From SAR86 cluster bacterium SAR86B (GTDB taxonomy: Bacteria > Pseudomonadota > Gammaproteobacteria > Magnimaribacterales > D2472), in contig CAJJCW010000002.1 of NCBI GenBank assembly GCA_905182885.1, forward strand, positions 24,107-88,106: DNA of 64,000 nucleotides, given 5' to 3'. This document shows, one piece after another, positions 31,456-41,446 of the stretch (the stretch's first letter is position 1; the number at the start of each line of letters is the position of its first letter). Under the pieces are notes generated by a model. That model did not search any database. It had not been told where the DNA came from and saw only the letters and a list, made by a program, of their open reading frames with translations. The position numbers were made by a program, and so were the translations under genes.

Positions 31456-32246
31456 ATGTTACTAAAAAATAAAAGAATTTTAATTTCTGGTTTAGCCAAT
31501 AAATATTCTATAGCTGCAGGTATAGCATCTGCGATGCACAGGGAAGGAGCTGAATTAGCATTCACATATCAAAGTGAAAGGTTGTTAAAGAACCTTGCTC
31601 CTTTAGCTAAAGAATATGGATCTGATATTCTAATTGAATGTGATGTTTCATCAGATGAGTCGATAGATAATTCTTTTGACGAGTTAAGCAAGCACTGGGA
31701 TAAGTTTGATGGATTTGTTCACTCTATTGGCTATGCACCAGCTGATCAGCTTGAAGGTAACTTTGTGGATGTAACAACTAGAGAAGGTTTCAGGATTGCC
31801 CATGATATTAGCTCATATAGTTTTACTGCATTGGCTAAAGCGGCCAAGCCTTTTTTAAATGATGGCTCAGCCCTTCTAACTCTCACCTACCTTGGCGCAG
31901 TTCAAACAATGCCAAATTACAATGTCATGGGTTTAGCTAAAGCAAGTTTAGAAGCTAATACTAGATTTTTAGCAGCATCAATGGGATCTGATAATATTCG
32001 AGTTAATGCAATATCAGCCGGGCCAATAAAAACCTAGCTGCATCAGGTGTTAAGAATTTTAGAAAGATGTTGTCGCAACATTCTGCAAGAGCTCCTTTAG
32101 GAAGAACCGTAAGCGCAGAAGAAGTTGGTAATGTCGCAGCATTCCTATGCTCTGATTATGCAAGCGGTATAACAGGTGAAATAACCTATGTTGATGCTGG
32201 CTTCAATATAGCTGCAATGCCTCTTTATGAAGAAGTTGAAGAGTAG
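31456..32246 (+). pseudogene. fabI: Enoyl-ACP reductase FabI, with an apparent 1-nt deletion at 32032-32037
   Basis: The N-part ends ...[12 protein letters not shown] then TAG. The -1 frame continues [49 protein letters not shown], collinear with FabI. The observed ACC TAG C would be restored by ACC (C/T)TA GC. Confidence 0.85.
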
Positions 32247-32259
32247 CTTAATTCTAAGG

Positions 32260-33712
32260 ATGAATAGGCCTGTTGTAATTGGAATAAGCTCAATTCAGCA
32301 AAAAGGTACTTTTGATGAATTAGATGAAGCTTTAGTCCTTATGGATCAGGCTACTAAAGACGCCATCAAAGATACAACTAATCCTAATATTGCTCAATAC
32401 ATAGATGAAATTCAGGTTCCTAAAGGATTTTGGAAGTATAGGGACCCAGGCAGGTGGATAGCAGAAAGGAATGGGATTTCTTCAGTTAAAACTAGTGTTA
32501 CAAAGATAGGAGTTCTTCAGCAGAATTTAATAAATAGTGCTTGCGCTAAGATCATTAATAATGAAATTCAGGCAACTCTTATAGTTGGTGGTGAGGCAAG
32601 ATTTAAAAAAATTAGAGCTTTAATAGAAGGTAAAGATTTTATTGAAACTGAGTTGAGCGAAAATCCAGATCATTATGTAAAGGCTAAAAAAGATTTGCAT
32701 ATTAAAGAGGAGGCAGAGGCTTTGGGTTTAATGGCTGTAGGTTATTATGCCATTCTAGAATCTGCATTAAGATCTAGTAAGGGATTGGGCTTTCAAGAGC
32801 ATCGAAAGATGATTGGTGAACTTTACGAGAAATTTTCATTAATAGCTTCATTAAATACAGATGGCTGGATAAGTGAAAAGTTAGAATGGGAGGATATAGC
32901 AACGCCAAGTAAGAAAAACCCAGTTCAGGCAACTCCATATAATAAATATCACTGTACCAGCTGGAATGTCAATCAGGCATCAGCGATGATCTTATGTAGT
33001 GAAAATCTTGCAGATAAATTAAATATTCCTATTAATAAAAGAATCTACCCTCTCGCCTCATCTGAAACAAATCACATGATAGCTACGATTCAAAGACCTA
33101 ATATGATAAAGCCTTTAGGTTTAGAGCTTGCTGCTACAATTTATAATGAATATAAGTAAGAAAAATAATTTTAGTGCTAATACATTTGATTTATATAGCT
33201 GCTTTCCTGTAGCTGTTCAGATGTTTTCAGATGAACTTGGCTTAAAAGACGAGGATATAAAAACAGTTACTGGGGGAATGTCTTTTGCAGGCGGGCCACT
33301 TAACAACTACATGATTCACTCAACAGTCAAAATGCTCTCTGAGATTCGAAAAGATAATAATAAAATAGGATTAGTCACTGGTGTTTCTGGAATGATGACA
33401 AAACAAGCTTTTGCACTTTGGGCTAAAGAGCCCTTGATGGATTTTATTTCTAAAGACGTAACAAGTGAGGCTGAGAAAATTGAAAAACCAATTCCGCTTT
33501 CCATTTTAAGTGAAGGCAAAGGAATTGTAATTGGATACACAACTCTTCCCGACCCTGTTGATAAGAAACTAAAAGCTATTATTTATATCAATGATTCCCA
33601 AGGTAAAAGAAAAGTATTAATATCAAGAGATACAAATATTATTAAGAATATGGGAGAAGAGGAATGGGTAGGAAAAGAAATAAGCTTCAAGGGCAAATAT
33701 TTAGTTTCATAA
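32260..33712 (+). pseudogene. Thiolase-like (acetyl-CoA acetyltransferase superfamily) protein, frame change near 33128-33159
   Basis: ORFs 32227..33159 and 33128..33712 overlap in different frames. The second carries DLYSCFPVAVQ...TVTGGMSFAGGPLNNYMIHS, typical of thiolase-like C-terminal halves. The likely true start is [11 protein letters not shown] at 32260. Confidence 0.55.
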
Positions 33713-35106
33713 TATGTTTTCTTTTTGTAGAAAATGTAAACGCAGCGTTAATTGAAAATAGTATTAATAGTCATAAAAATCAGTTCCAAACGATTGCATT
33801 AAAGATATGGAATCATGCTGAGCTCGGGTATCAAGAAAATCAAAGCTCGGAACTATTAGCAGATGCATTAGAAAAAGAGGGATTCACAATAACAAGAGGT
33901 GTTGCTGGGATACCAACAGCTTTTATAGCTGAATATGGAAGTGGTGGCCCTGTTATAGGAATTCTTGGAGAGTTTGATGCCCTTCCCGGTTTATCACAGA
34001 CTACATCTCCTTTTAAGGAAATTGCAGATAACGCATCCGGTGGAGGTCATGCTTGTGGCCACCACTTATTTGGAGCTTCTTCAGCCTGGGCTAGTGTAGC
34101 TATTAAAGAGTGGCTAGTTGAAAGCAAAACAGAAGGAAGAATAAGATTCTATGGAACACCAGCAGAAGAAGGTGGCTCAGGAAAAGTTTACATGGTTAGA
34201 AATGGACTATTTAATGACGTTGACATTGTCCTTCATTGGCATCCAGACGATAACAATTCTGCAAACTCTAAAACTTCAAATTCAAATAAATCAGCAAGAT
34301 TTACTTTTAAAGGGATTTCAGCACATGCAGCTGGCTCTCCTGAACTTGGAAGATCTGCTCTTGATGGAGTTGAAGCAATGAATATGATGTCTAATATGAT
34401 GAGAGAGCATATTCCCCAAGAATCTAGAATGCACTACGTAATTACTAAAGGAGGGCTTGCTCCTAATGTTGTGCCTGATCTTGCTGAAGTTTATTACTAC
34501 GTAAGACATCCTAAAATGAAAGTAGTTGAAGATTTATTTAAACGATTAGTTAAAACTGCCGAAGGAGCAGCCTTTGGAACAGAGACTAATGTTACATATG
34601 AGGTTATGCATGGAAACTATTCCTTATTACCAAATGAAACGATTCAAAAAATAGTGCATAAAAACCTTATGAATTTTGGTGGCATAGCTTATAACGATAA
34701 AGAAAATGCATTTGCTACAGAAATTTACAAAACTTTTATTGAGCCAGATAACCTAATTGGTTCACAAGAATCTGTTAGAGAATATGAGATATCTCATAGC
34801 TACGGATCTACTGATGTTGGCGATGTTAGTTGGACAGTACCAACTGCAGGCTTACGAGCAGCAACCTGGGTTCCTGGAACTGCGGCACATTCATGGCAAG
34901 CTGTTGCATCAGGAGGAACTTCAATTGGGCTTAAGGGAGCAGAGCTTGCAGCAAAGACTCTTGCAGCAACTGCAATAGATATATATAAGGATCAAACTTT
35001 AATAATCGAAGCTAATAAAGAGCTTAAAGATAGAAGAGGAATTGATTTTAAATATAAAGCATTGCTGGGCGATAGAGAGCCGCCATTAAATTATAGAGTT
35101 AATTAA
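33664..35106 (+). CDS. M20-family amidohydrolase, AbgB-like (aminobenzoyl-glutamate hydrolase subunit B type), with a signal peptide
   Basis: RBS GGAGAAGAGGA precedes the ATG. The hydrophobic leader ends VNA. IWNHAELGYQE...GIPTAFIAEYGSGGPVIGILGEFDALPGLSQ...GHACGHHL...FYGTPAEEGGSGK is collinear with E. coli AbgB as I recall it. Confidence 0.8.
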   Translation: MGRKRNKLQGQIFSFIICFLFVENVNAALIENSINSHKNQFQTIALKIWNHAELGYQENQSSELLADALEKEGFTITRGVAGIPTAFIAEYGSGGPVIGILGEFDALPGLSQTTSPFKEIADNASGGGHACGHHLFGASSAWASVAIKEWLVESKTEGRIRFYGTPAEEGGSGKVYMVRNGLFNDVDIVLHWHPDDNNSANSKTSNSNKSARFTFKGISAHAAGSPELGRSALDGVEAMNMMSNMMREHIPQESRMHYVITKGGLAPNVVPDLAEVYYYVRHPKMKVVEDLFKRLVKTAEGAAFGTETNVTYEVMHGNYSLLPNETIQKIVHKNLMNFGGIAYNDKENAFATEIYKTFIEPDNLIGSQESVREYEISHSYGSTDVGDVSWTVPTAGLRAATWVPGTAAHSWQAVASGGTSIGLKGAELAAKTLAATAIDIYKDQTLIIEANKELKDRRGIDFKYKALLGDREPPLNYRVN

Positions 35107-36824
35107 TCAGATTGAGTTGATACGGATGCACCTGGTCTTCTAAGATCTGCATAACCATAATTAACGCCATTAATAATATGAATGCTTTGAGTGCTTCCAA
35201 GTGTTTTTTGTTTTTCTGGTTTATGTCCGATGGTATCTAATCTTTTAACAATATCTGAGCTTAGAGTGGTTTCATAATCAAGACCGGAATAAGGCCAATC
35301 CTTATGAATCCTGGAAAGCATAGTTGCCTCTCCTATATTTAAATCAAAATCAATAACCCCTGAAATAACTCTTAATATTGCTGCTGGAATAAAAGACCCT
35401 CCAGGTGAACCTGTTATAAGTGTGAGGCTGCCTTCAGAATTAAAAACCATTGAAGGGGCCATAGTACTCATTGGCCTTTTTCCTGGTATAAATCTATTTC
35501 CTTTACTAGCTGCCCTTCCCTCGACTGAATCATCTCCATATCTGTAAGCAAAATTATTCATCTGATTATTTAACAAGATACCGGTTCCTGGAATAGTTAC
35601 GCCAGAGCCAAACGAATAACCTAGGGTGTATGTATTGGAGACAGCGTTACCCTCGCTATCAATTATTGAGTAATGAGTGGTATCCCTACTTTCACTGGTA
35701 ACTGAAAATGGCTTTACTTTTGAGCTTGGAGTAGCTTTTTTGAAATTAATAGAGCTTTGTAAAGTTTTAATACGCTCTTTTGAAAGCAGTGAATCTATTG
35801 GGACATTATAAAAATTAGGATCTCCAATTTCATGAGATCTATTATTATGACCTCTTCTCAATGCCTCAGCTATAAGATGATAAGTTCTTGCTGAGTTACT
35901 ATCAGCTTTTTTAAATTTATAACTCTCAAGAACTTTTAGAGCAGTTAAAAGAACTACACCCCCTCCTGATGGAGGACCGGCTGTAAATATTACATTGCCT
36001 CTATATAAAATGGATATTGGTGAGCCAGAATTAACTTTATAATTTTTAAAATCTTCTAGTGTCATAAATCCATTATTTGCATTCATGGCTTCAACAATTT
36101 TTTTAGCTGTTGGTCCCTCATAAAAACCTTTATGACCATTTGCTGATATATGTGAAAGAGTTTCCGCTAAATCAGGTCTTTTCATTAGGGTGTTTTTAAC
36201 TAGTGGTTTTCCATTATCAAAATAAATTTTTCTTGATTCTGGATCGTTAAATAGTTGTGGTGTACTTTCAATAGCTTTATTTAGATCGTAGCTAACTTTA
36301 ATACCTTCAGATGCCTGTTTGATTACAGGCTCCAAGATTTCTTTTAGGGATAATTTACCAAAATTTCTATGTGCCTCTAAAAGACCTGCAACAGTTCCAG
36401 GAATGGCTGAAGCTTTATGGCCAAATCTAGATTTATCAAAATCTGTTTTCTTATAATCTTCAGGAAGATTGGTATTAAATAAATCCTTAATATTAGCGTT
36501 CAGTGGGGACGAGCTTCTGTAGTCAATATAATAGATTTCTTGCTTTTCTTTAATGTAGACAAGCATAAAACCACCGCCACCAAGATTTCCAGCTCTAGGC
36601 AGGGTTATAGCTAGAGAAAACCCAACCGCTACTGCTGCATCTACCGCATTTCCACCTTTGTTTAAAATCTCTGTGCCTAACTGTGAAGAAAGATCATTTT
36701 GAGAAACAACCATTCCAGATGAGCTTTCAATAGGATGAAACGGTGATACATAATCTATATAACTTTGCTGTGCTTGCACATGAAAAAAGACCAAGGCAAG
36801 AAGTAGTTGATATCTATACTTCAT
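35103..36824 (-). CDS. ggt: Gamma-glutamyltranspeptidase (periplasmic, autoprocessing)
   Basis: Signal peptide MKYRYQLLLALVFFHVQA, nucleophile region SRDTTHYSIIDSEGNAVS, and a C-terminal GSPGG motif. Confidence 0.9.
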   Translation of the reverse strand: MKYRYQLLLALVFFHVQAQQSYIDYVSPFHPIESSSGMVVSQNDLSSQLGTEILNKGGNAVDAAVAVGFSLAITLPRAGNLGGGGFMLVYIKEKQEIYYIDYRSSSPLNANIKDLFNTNLPEDYKKTDFDKSRFGHKASAIPGTVAGLLEAHRNFGKLSLKEILEPVIKQASEGIKVSYDLNKAIESTPQLFNDPESRKIYFDNGKPLVKNTLMKRPDLAETLSHISANGHKGFYEGPTAKKIVEAMNANNGFMTLEDFKNYKVNSGSPISILYRGNVIFTAGPPSGGGVVLLTALKVLESYKFKKADSNSARTYHLIAEALRRGHNNRSHEIGDPNFYNVPIDSLLSKERIKTLQSSINFKKATPSSKVKPFSVTSESRDTTHYSIIDSEGNAVSNTYTLGYSFGSGVTIPGTGILLNNQMNNFAYRYGDDSVEGRAASKGNRFIPGKRPMSTMAPSMVFNSEGSLTLITGSPGGSFIPAAILRVISGVIDFDLNIGEATMLSRIHKDWPYSGLDYETTLSSDIVKRLDTIGHKPEKQKTLGSTQSIHIINGVNYGYADLRRPGASVSTQSD

Positions 36825-38323
36825 TAGAAAACTAGGGGTGCTAAATAATATGAGAATAAGGTTACAACCATAATACCTACAATATTAAGAGCAAAACCAG
36901 CCTTCATCATAGTAGCAATGGTAAATTTCCCTGAACCATAAACAATAGCATTTGGTGGTGTTGCTACTGGCAGCATAAAGGCGCAACTTGCGGCAAGACA
37001 TACTGGGATTGTTAAAGAGACGGGAACTACACCTATAGCTATTGCCAAGGCTCCTATTACTGGAAGAAAGGTGCTGGTTGTTGCAACATTACTTGTCATC
37101 TCAGTTAAAAATATTATTAGCGTTGCCACAGCTAAAATTAAAACTATCGGCTCGACATCTTGGAGAACTGTTAAACCCTGTCCAATCCATATTCCTAATC
37201 CTGTGCTTGATACTTGAGCAGCTAAAGATAGGCCACCACCAAATAAAATCAAAAGACCCCAAGGTAATTTAGTAGTTTTATCCCAATGCATTAGATCAGA
37301 GCCCTTTTTAGATGATGGAATCATAAATAATAAAATAGCGACTATGATTGCAACTCCAGCATCTTCTAATCCTATTCCAAAAGTCTCTCTAATTACCCTG
37401 CTTGTCATCCATGCCAAAACAGCAGATCCAAAAATAATAGAAATTTTTATTTCGTCTTTTGATAGTGGGCCTAGATCATTTAACATTTGTGTTAATTTGG
37501 ATTTAGTCTCAGCAGTTGCAATGATGGTAGTAGGAAAAATAAATTTAGTAAGAATTAACCATGCAGAAATTAACATAACCAAAGCAACAGGAACTCCTAA
37601 TTTCATCCAACTTAAAAAGTCAATTTCAATTCCATATTGTTCACTCATAAAAGTTACGAAAACAAGGTTTGGAGCCGTGCCAATTATGGTAGACATTCCT
37701 CCGATAGTAGCTGCATATGCAATACCTAACATCAGAGCTGTATCAAAGTACTTTTGTTGTTGATTTGATATATCGGGAATCGTTGAAGCAACAACGGTAC
37801 AAACAGCAAGTCCAATTGGTAAGAGCATTAATGTAGTAGATGTATTCATAACAAACATGCTTACAAGAGCTGACACTGCCATAAAGCCACCTACAAGTCT
37901 TGCTCCGCTTGAACCTGTTAAAATAATCATTTTTAGCGCCATTCTTTTGTGCAATCCGGAACTCTCGATTCCAAGAGCCAATATAAAACCGCCCAAAAAT
38001 AAATAAATATTTTTGTTAGCATAAGGGTTGGCTGAAACTTGGAAACTGGCAACGTTTAAGAGAGGAAATAATGCCAATGGAAGTAACGAGGTAACTGCAA
38101 CAGGAAGTGCTTCGGTAGCCCACCATATTGCCATTAGAACAAGCACAGCAAGAACAAACCAAGCAGCTTGGCTGTTTATATTTTGAATACCTTTATTTGT
38201 TTCAAAGGATGTCCCTTCTAACGCAAGAAGGCTATCTGGTATTAAATTAAAAATACCACATAAGACTATTGCACTAAATGCTAATAGACCAATGAAGAAA
38301 CCTTTGTTTTGATAAGCGTGCAT
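36824..38323 (-). CDS. DASS/SLC13-family sodium:anion (di/tricarboxylate or sulfate type) symporter
   Basis: 499-aa polytopic protein with the duplicated hairpin motifs of the family (SNTSTTLMLLP; TSNVATTSTFLP). The stop overlaps the ggt start by 1 nt. Confidence 0.8.
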   Translation of the reverse strand: MHAYQNKGFFIGLLAFSAIVLCGIFNLIPDSLLALEGTSFETNKGIQNINSQAAWFVLAVLVLMAIWWATEALPVAVTSLLPLALFPLLNVASFQVSANPYANKNIYLFLGGFILALGIESSGLHKRMALKMIILTGSSGARLVGGFMAVSALVSMFVMNTSTTLMLLPIGLAVCTVVASTIPDISNQQQKYFDTALMLGIAYAATIGGMSTIIGTAPNLVFVTFMSEQYGIEIDFLSWMKLGVPVALVMLISAWLILTKFIFPTTIIATAETKSKLTQMLNDLGPLSKDEIKISIIFGSAVLAWMTSRVIRETFGIGLEDAGVAIIVAILLFMIPSSKKGSDLMHWDKTTKLPWGLLILFGGGLSLAAQVSSTGLGIWIGQGLTVLQDVEPIVLILAVATLIIFLTEMTSNVATTSTFLPVIGALAIAIGVVPVSLTIPVCLAASCAFMLPVATPPNAIVYGSGKFTIATMMKAGFALNIVGIMVVTLFSYYLAPLVF

Positions 38324-38347
38324 ATATATATCCTAATCTTTATTTAT

Positions 38348-38377
38348 AAAAAAAGGGAGCACTAAGCTCCCCTTTTT
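38348..38377 (-). terminator. Rho-independent hairpin between the TBDR and the DASS symporter gene
   Basis: AAAAAAA-GGGAGC-ACTAA-GCTCCC-C-TTTTT. On the minus strand the stem is followed by T7. Confidence 0.55.
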
Positions 38378-38390
38378 AATTATAGTTTTC

Positions 38391-41321
38391 TTAGAAATCC
38401 ACTCTTAAGTCTAGGTAATAGTTTCTACCCATATCAGAATGAATATCTGAGAAGTATCCATTATAACCATCAGCTAATGGAGCTCTTTCATCTGCAATGT
38501 TCTTAACAACAAACTTAATTCTAGCTTTATTATCGCCAACGTTAATATTCTTAGATACTGATAAATCAGCAGTCATCATAGAAGGTATTAGGTACATAAA
38601 TCCAGCTGACTGTTCTCCTGAATCTTTTAGCTCGCCTATTCTTAGAGCAGATAATGATGCTCTGTAGTCTCCTCTTTTAAACCTTACTGCCAGTCTATCT
38701 TTTTGCTCAACTGCACCAGCGTCAGTTCCATTAAGATCACCGAATCCTCTTAAACCTGAGTAAGCTGGGAGCTCACCAGAAGCAACGGCTGCACCTAAGG
38801 CATTAAAATTACCAGTAGGTGTTTGGTAAAACTTATCAGTGATAGAAGAAACGAACGTTATTGAAAATTCTCCAATCCTAGTTTCAAAGTCATAATAAAT
38901 AGCCAAATCAGTACCTTCAACTGTTCTAGTAGCAAGATTTAAGTATTCGTCTGCTACATAGTCTACTTTTCCAACAGGACACAAACCAAGATTAGTAAAT
39001 AAAGCAAGTTCTTCATCATCTAGATTTGAAGCGTCAAGTCTAACAACAGCAGGGTTTCCAGCGCTACAATCTGTGCCGCCTCTAATTCTAGCTAATAGAT
39101 CAGCAATAACATGATTGTTTCTACCAAATAAAGCAATAGTATTTTCTTTTTCAATAGACCATGTATCAAGAGTAATAGTTAAGCCTTCAATCATTGGAGG
39201 AGTTAAAACAAAGCCCCATGAAGTATTAGTCGATTCTTCAGGCTTTAAATCCTTTGCTCCTTCTGCGTATCTTAAAATTGTATAACTACCGTCCAAGTCA
39301 CCAGAAGTTAGGACAGATAGACCATTTTCTATACGCACATATTGATTCAACATGTCATTCCTTGTTCCAGTTCTAGCAACCTCTTTTTGGTTAACTTGAA
39401 CTAGGTTAGGAGCTCTAAAAGCTGTTGAAGTAGATGCTCTTAATTTTAACCAGTCAGTTGCATCATATCCTAAAGCAAGCTTACCAACAGTGGCTGAAAT
39501 AGAGTCAGAAAATGATTCGGTACGTGATGCAATTTGCGCATTTAATCTGTCTGTTATAGGAACTTGAAATTCAACAAATGCAGATTTTACTGTTTTGTTT
39601 CCAGTTGTATCGCCTGTGGCACTTGAACCCATAGTTGCAGATCTAAAAGGATAAGTATTGGTTACACTTGTTCCTGATAGTCTAATAGTTCCATCCAATA
39701 AAGGATCTCTATCATCAACATAAGATTCTTTTCTATATTCAAAACCAACCAACATTCCAACAGAACCTGCTGGTAATTCAAAAACTTCTGGATTACTAAT
39801 CTTGTAATCAAAAGAACTTAAAAATGATGTGTCATTTCTTGATACGTCTTGAAATATAGACTCAGAGTTATTAGTAGTTGGATCGGGATCAAAAATATTA
39901 AAAGCATTTGCTGAAGAGTCATTAACTGATGCTAAAAACTTAGGAAAGGATACTCTTCCGCTTGTTACATCATTAGCTTGTGCTTTTGAATATAGAACCG
40001 CTGTTTCCCATGACCAATTTGACTCAGTAACACCTCTAAAACCAAGAAGGTATCTATAGTCTTCTTTATTAACTCTAGTTGTTCTTCCCATCGTGGCAGG
40101 TCTCCAGCCATCAATACGGACTTCTCTACTATTAGCAGAAATTCCTGTTGAATCTGGAAGTTGAGAGAACCAATAGTAATCTGCAGGTAGGTCAATTATT
40201 CCTGCTGTAAAAGAACCATTATTATCTTTTTTAAGACTATTAGATTCGTACCTACCAATTTCAGCAAACATCTCCATACCGTTATCCATCTCATGATTTA
40301 CAAAAATAAATAGATTTGTTCTTTCCATGTCTCCTCTGTACTGTCTTCCAGTTTCAGATGGATTGTAGTAATAGTTAGTATCAGGTACTAAACATGAGCC
40401 CATTCCTGTATCAACAGCTCCTGAGTTAGAACATTCAGCAGAGCCTGTTGGAAATAACTGAGATTCACCTCTGCTATCAGTCCAGCCAAAAGTACCTCTA
40501 AAATCTATCTGAGGCATGCCGTAAGTATATTGATTACGAAAAGATGAATCGCCGGCCCATGGGGAATCAGCAGGGATAAGTCTTCTGTAATCTTGATTAG
40601 CCCACTTCTCATCTTCAGTTAAAGCAATACTTTGTCTGTCTCTATGAGATAAAGAGAAATTAATATTAGTTTTTCCATCATTCAGAAAAGTGCCATATTT
40701 GATTTTAAGATCAGTGTCTTCTGCAGCAAAATGATCGTAACCACTCAACTTAGCAGAAATTCTAAGGCCCTCATAGTCTGTTTGCAAAACGTTATTAACT
40801 ACCCCAGCAACCGCATCGGCTCCGTAAATAGATGATGCTCCATCTTTTAAAACTTCAAGTCTTGAAAGAGCATTCGTTGGAATTAGATTCGAGTTAACTG
40901 TCATTGTAGGAACAAAGTCATCTCCAATTTTTTCAGTTTGGTATCCAGCGTTGTTAACCATCCTTCTTCCGTTCAGGAGAACTAAGGTATTACCAACACC
41001 CATACTTCTTAAATTATATGCGCCAACATCTCCTCTTGCAGCATTGACACCACCAGAAATTTGTTCAGATTCATTAAAGAAGTTAAAGCCCTGCTCAACA
41101 AGATTGTTGATTAGCTCATCGCCGTCACTTGTGGCAATAGCATCAATATCATCAGCGGATAGGATTGTAACAGGCAAGGCGCCAGTAATTTTAGCCCCTT
41201 TGATTTGCGAACCAACCGTGATGACTTCTTCAACATCAGCATCTGCAGAAGCAGATTCATCCTGAGCAAAAGTAAAGGTTGATATAACCAATGGAAATAG
41301 TAAAAATAAATTCTTATACAT
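38391..41321 (-). CDS. TonB-dependent receptor (976 aa)
   Basis: Signal peptide, TonB box EEVITVGSQI, plug (LVLLNGRR...LEVLKDGASSIYGADAVAGVVN), long barrel, and a terminal ...LDLRVDF. Confidence 0.9.
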   Translation of the reverse strand: MYKNLFLLFPLVISTFTFAQDESASADADVEEVITVGSQIKGAKITGALPVTILSADDIDAIATSDGDELINNLVEQGFNFFNESEQISGGVNAARGDVGAYNLRSMGVGNTLVLLNGRRMVNNAGYQTEKIGDDFVPTMTVNSNLIPTNALSRLEVLKDGASSIYGADAVAGVVNNVLQTDYEGLRISAKLSGYDHFAAEDTDLKIKYGTFLNDGKTNINFSLSHRDRQSIALTEDEKWANQDYRRLIPADSPWAGDSSFRNQYTYGMPQIDFRGTFGWTDSRGESQLFPTGSAECSNSGAVDTGMGSCLVPDTNYYYNPSETGRQYRGDMERTNLFIFVNHEMDNGMEMFAEIGRYESNSLKKDNNGSFTAGIIDLPADYYWFSQLPDSTGISANSREVRIDGWRPATMGRTTRVNKEDYRYLLGFRGVTESNWSWETAVLYSKAQANDVTSGRVSFPKFLASVNDSSANAFNIFDPDPTTNNSESIFQDVSRNDTSFLSSFDYKISNPEVFELPAGSVGMLVGFEYRKESYVDDRDPLLDGTIRLSGTSVTNTYPFRSATMGSSATGDTTGNKTVKSAFVEFQVPITDRLNAQIASRTESFSDSISATVGKLALGYDATDWLKLRASTSTAFRAPNLVQVNQKEVARTGTRNDMLNQYVRIENGLSVLTSGDLDGSYTILRYAEGAKDLKPEESTNTSWGFVLTPPMIEGLTITLDTWSIEKENTIALFGRNNHVIADLLARIRGGTDCSAGNPAVVRLDASNLDDEELALFTNLGLCPVGKVDYVADEYLNLATRTVEGTDLAIYYDFETRIGEFSITFVSSITDKFYQTPTGNFNALGAAVASGELPAYSGLRGFGDLNGTDAGAVEQKDRLAVRFKRGDYRASLSALRIGELKDSGEQSAGFMYLIPSMMTADLSVSKNINVGDNKARIKFVVKNIADERAPLADGYNGYFSDIHSDMGRNYYLDLRVDF

Positions 41322-41446
41322 AATGTAGTCCCCTTAAATAATGTAAGAGTTCAGTATATCTCCTGTTTTTATTGTTTGTATACCAAAAATATATATTATT
41401 ATTATAATATATATATAACTAAAGGTTATGTAAGGAGAATATTTAA

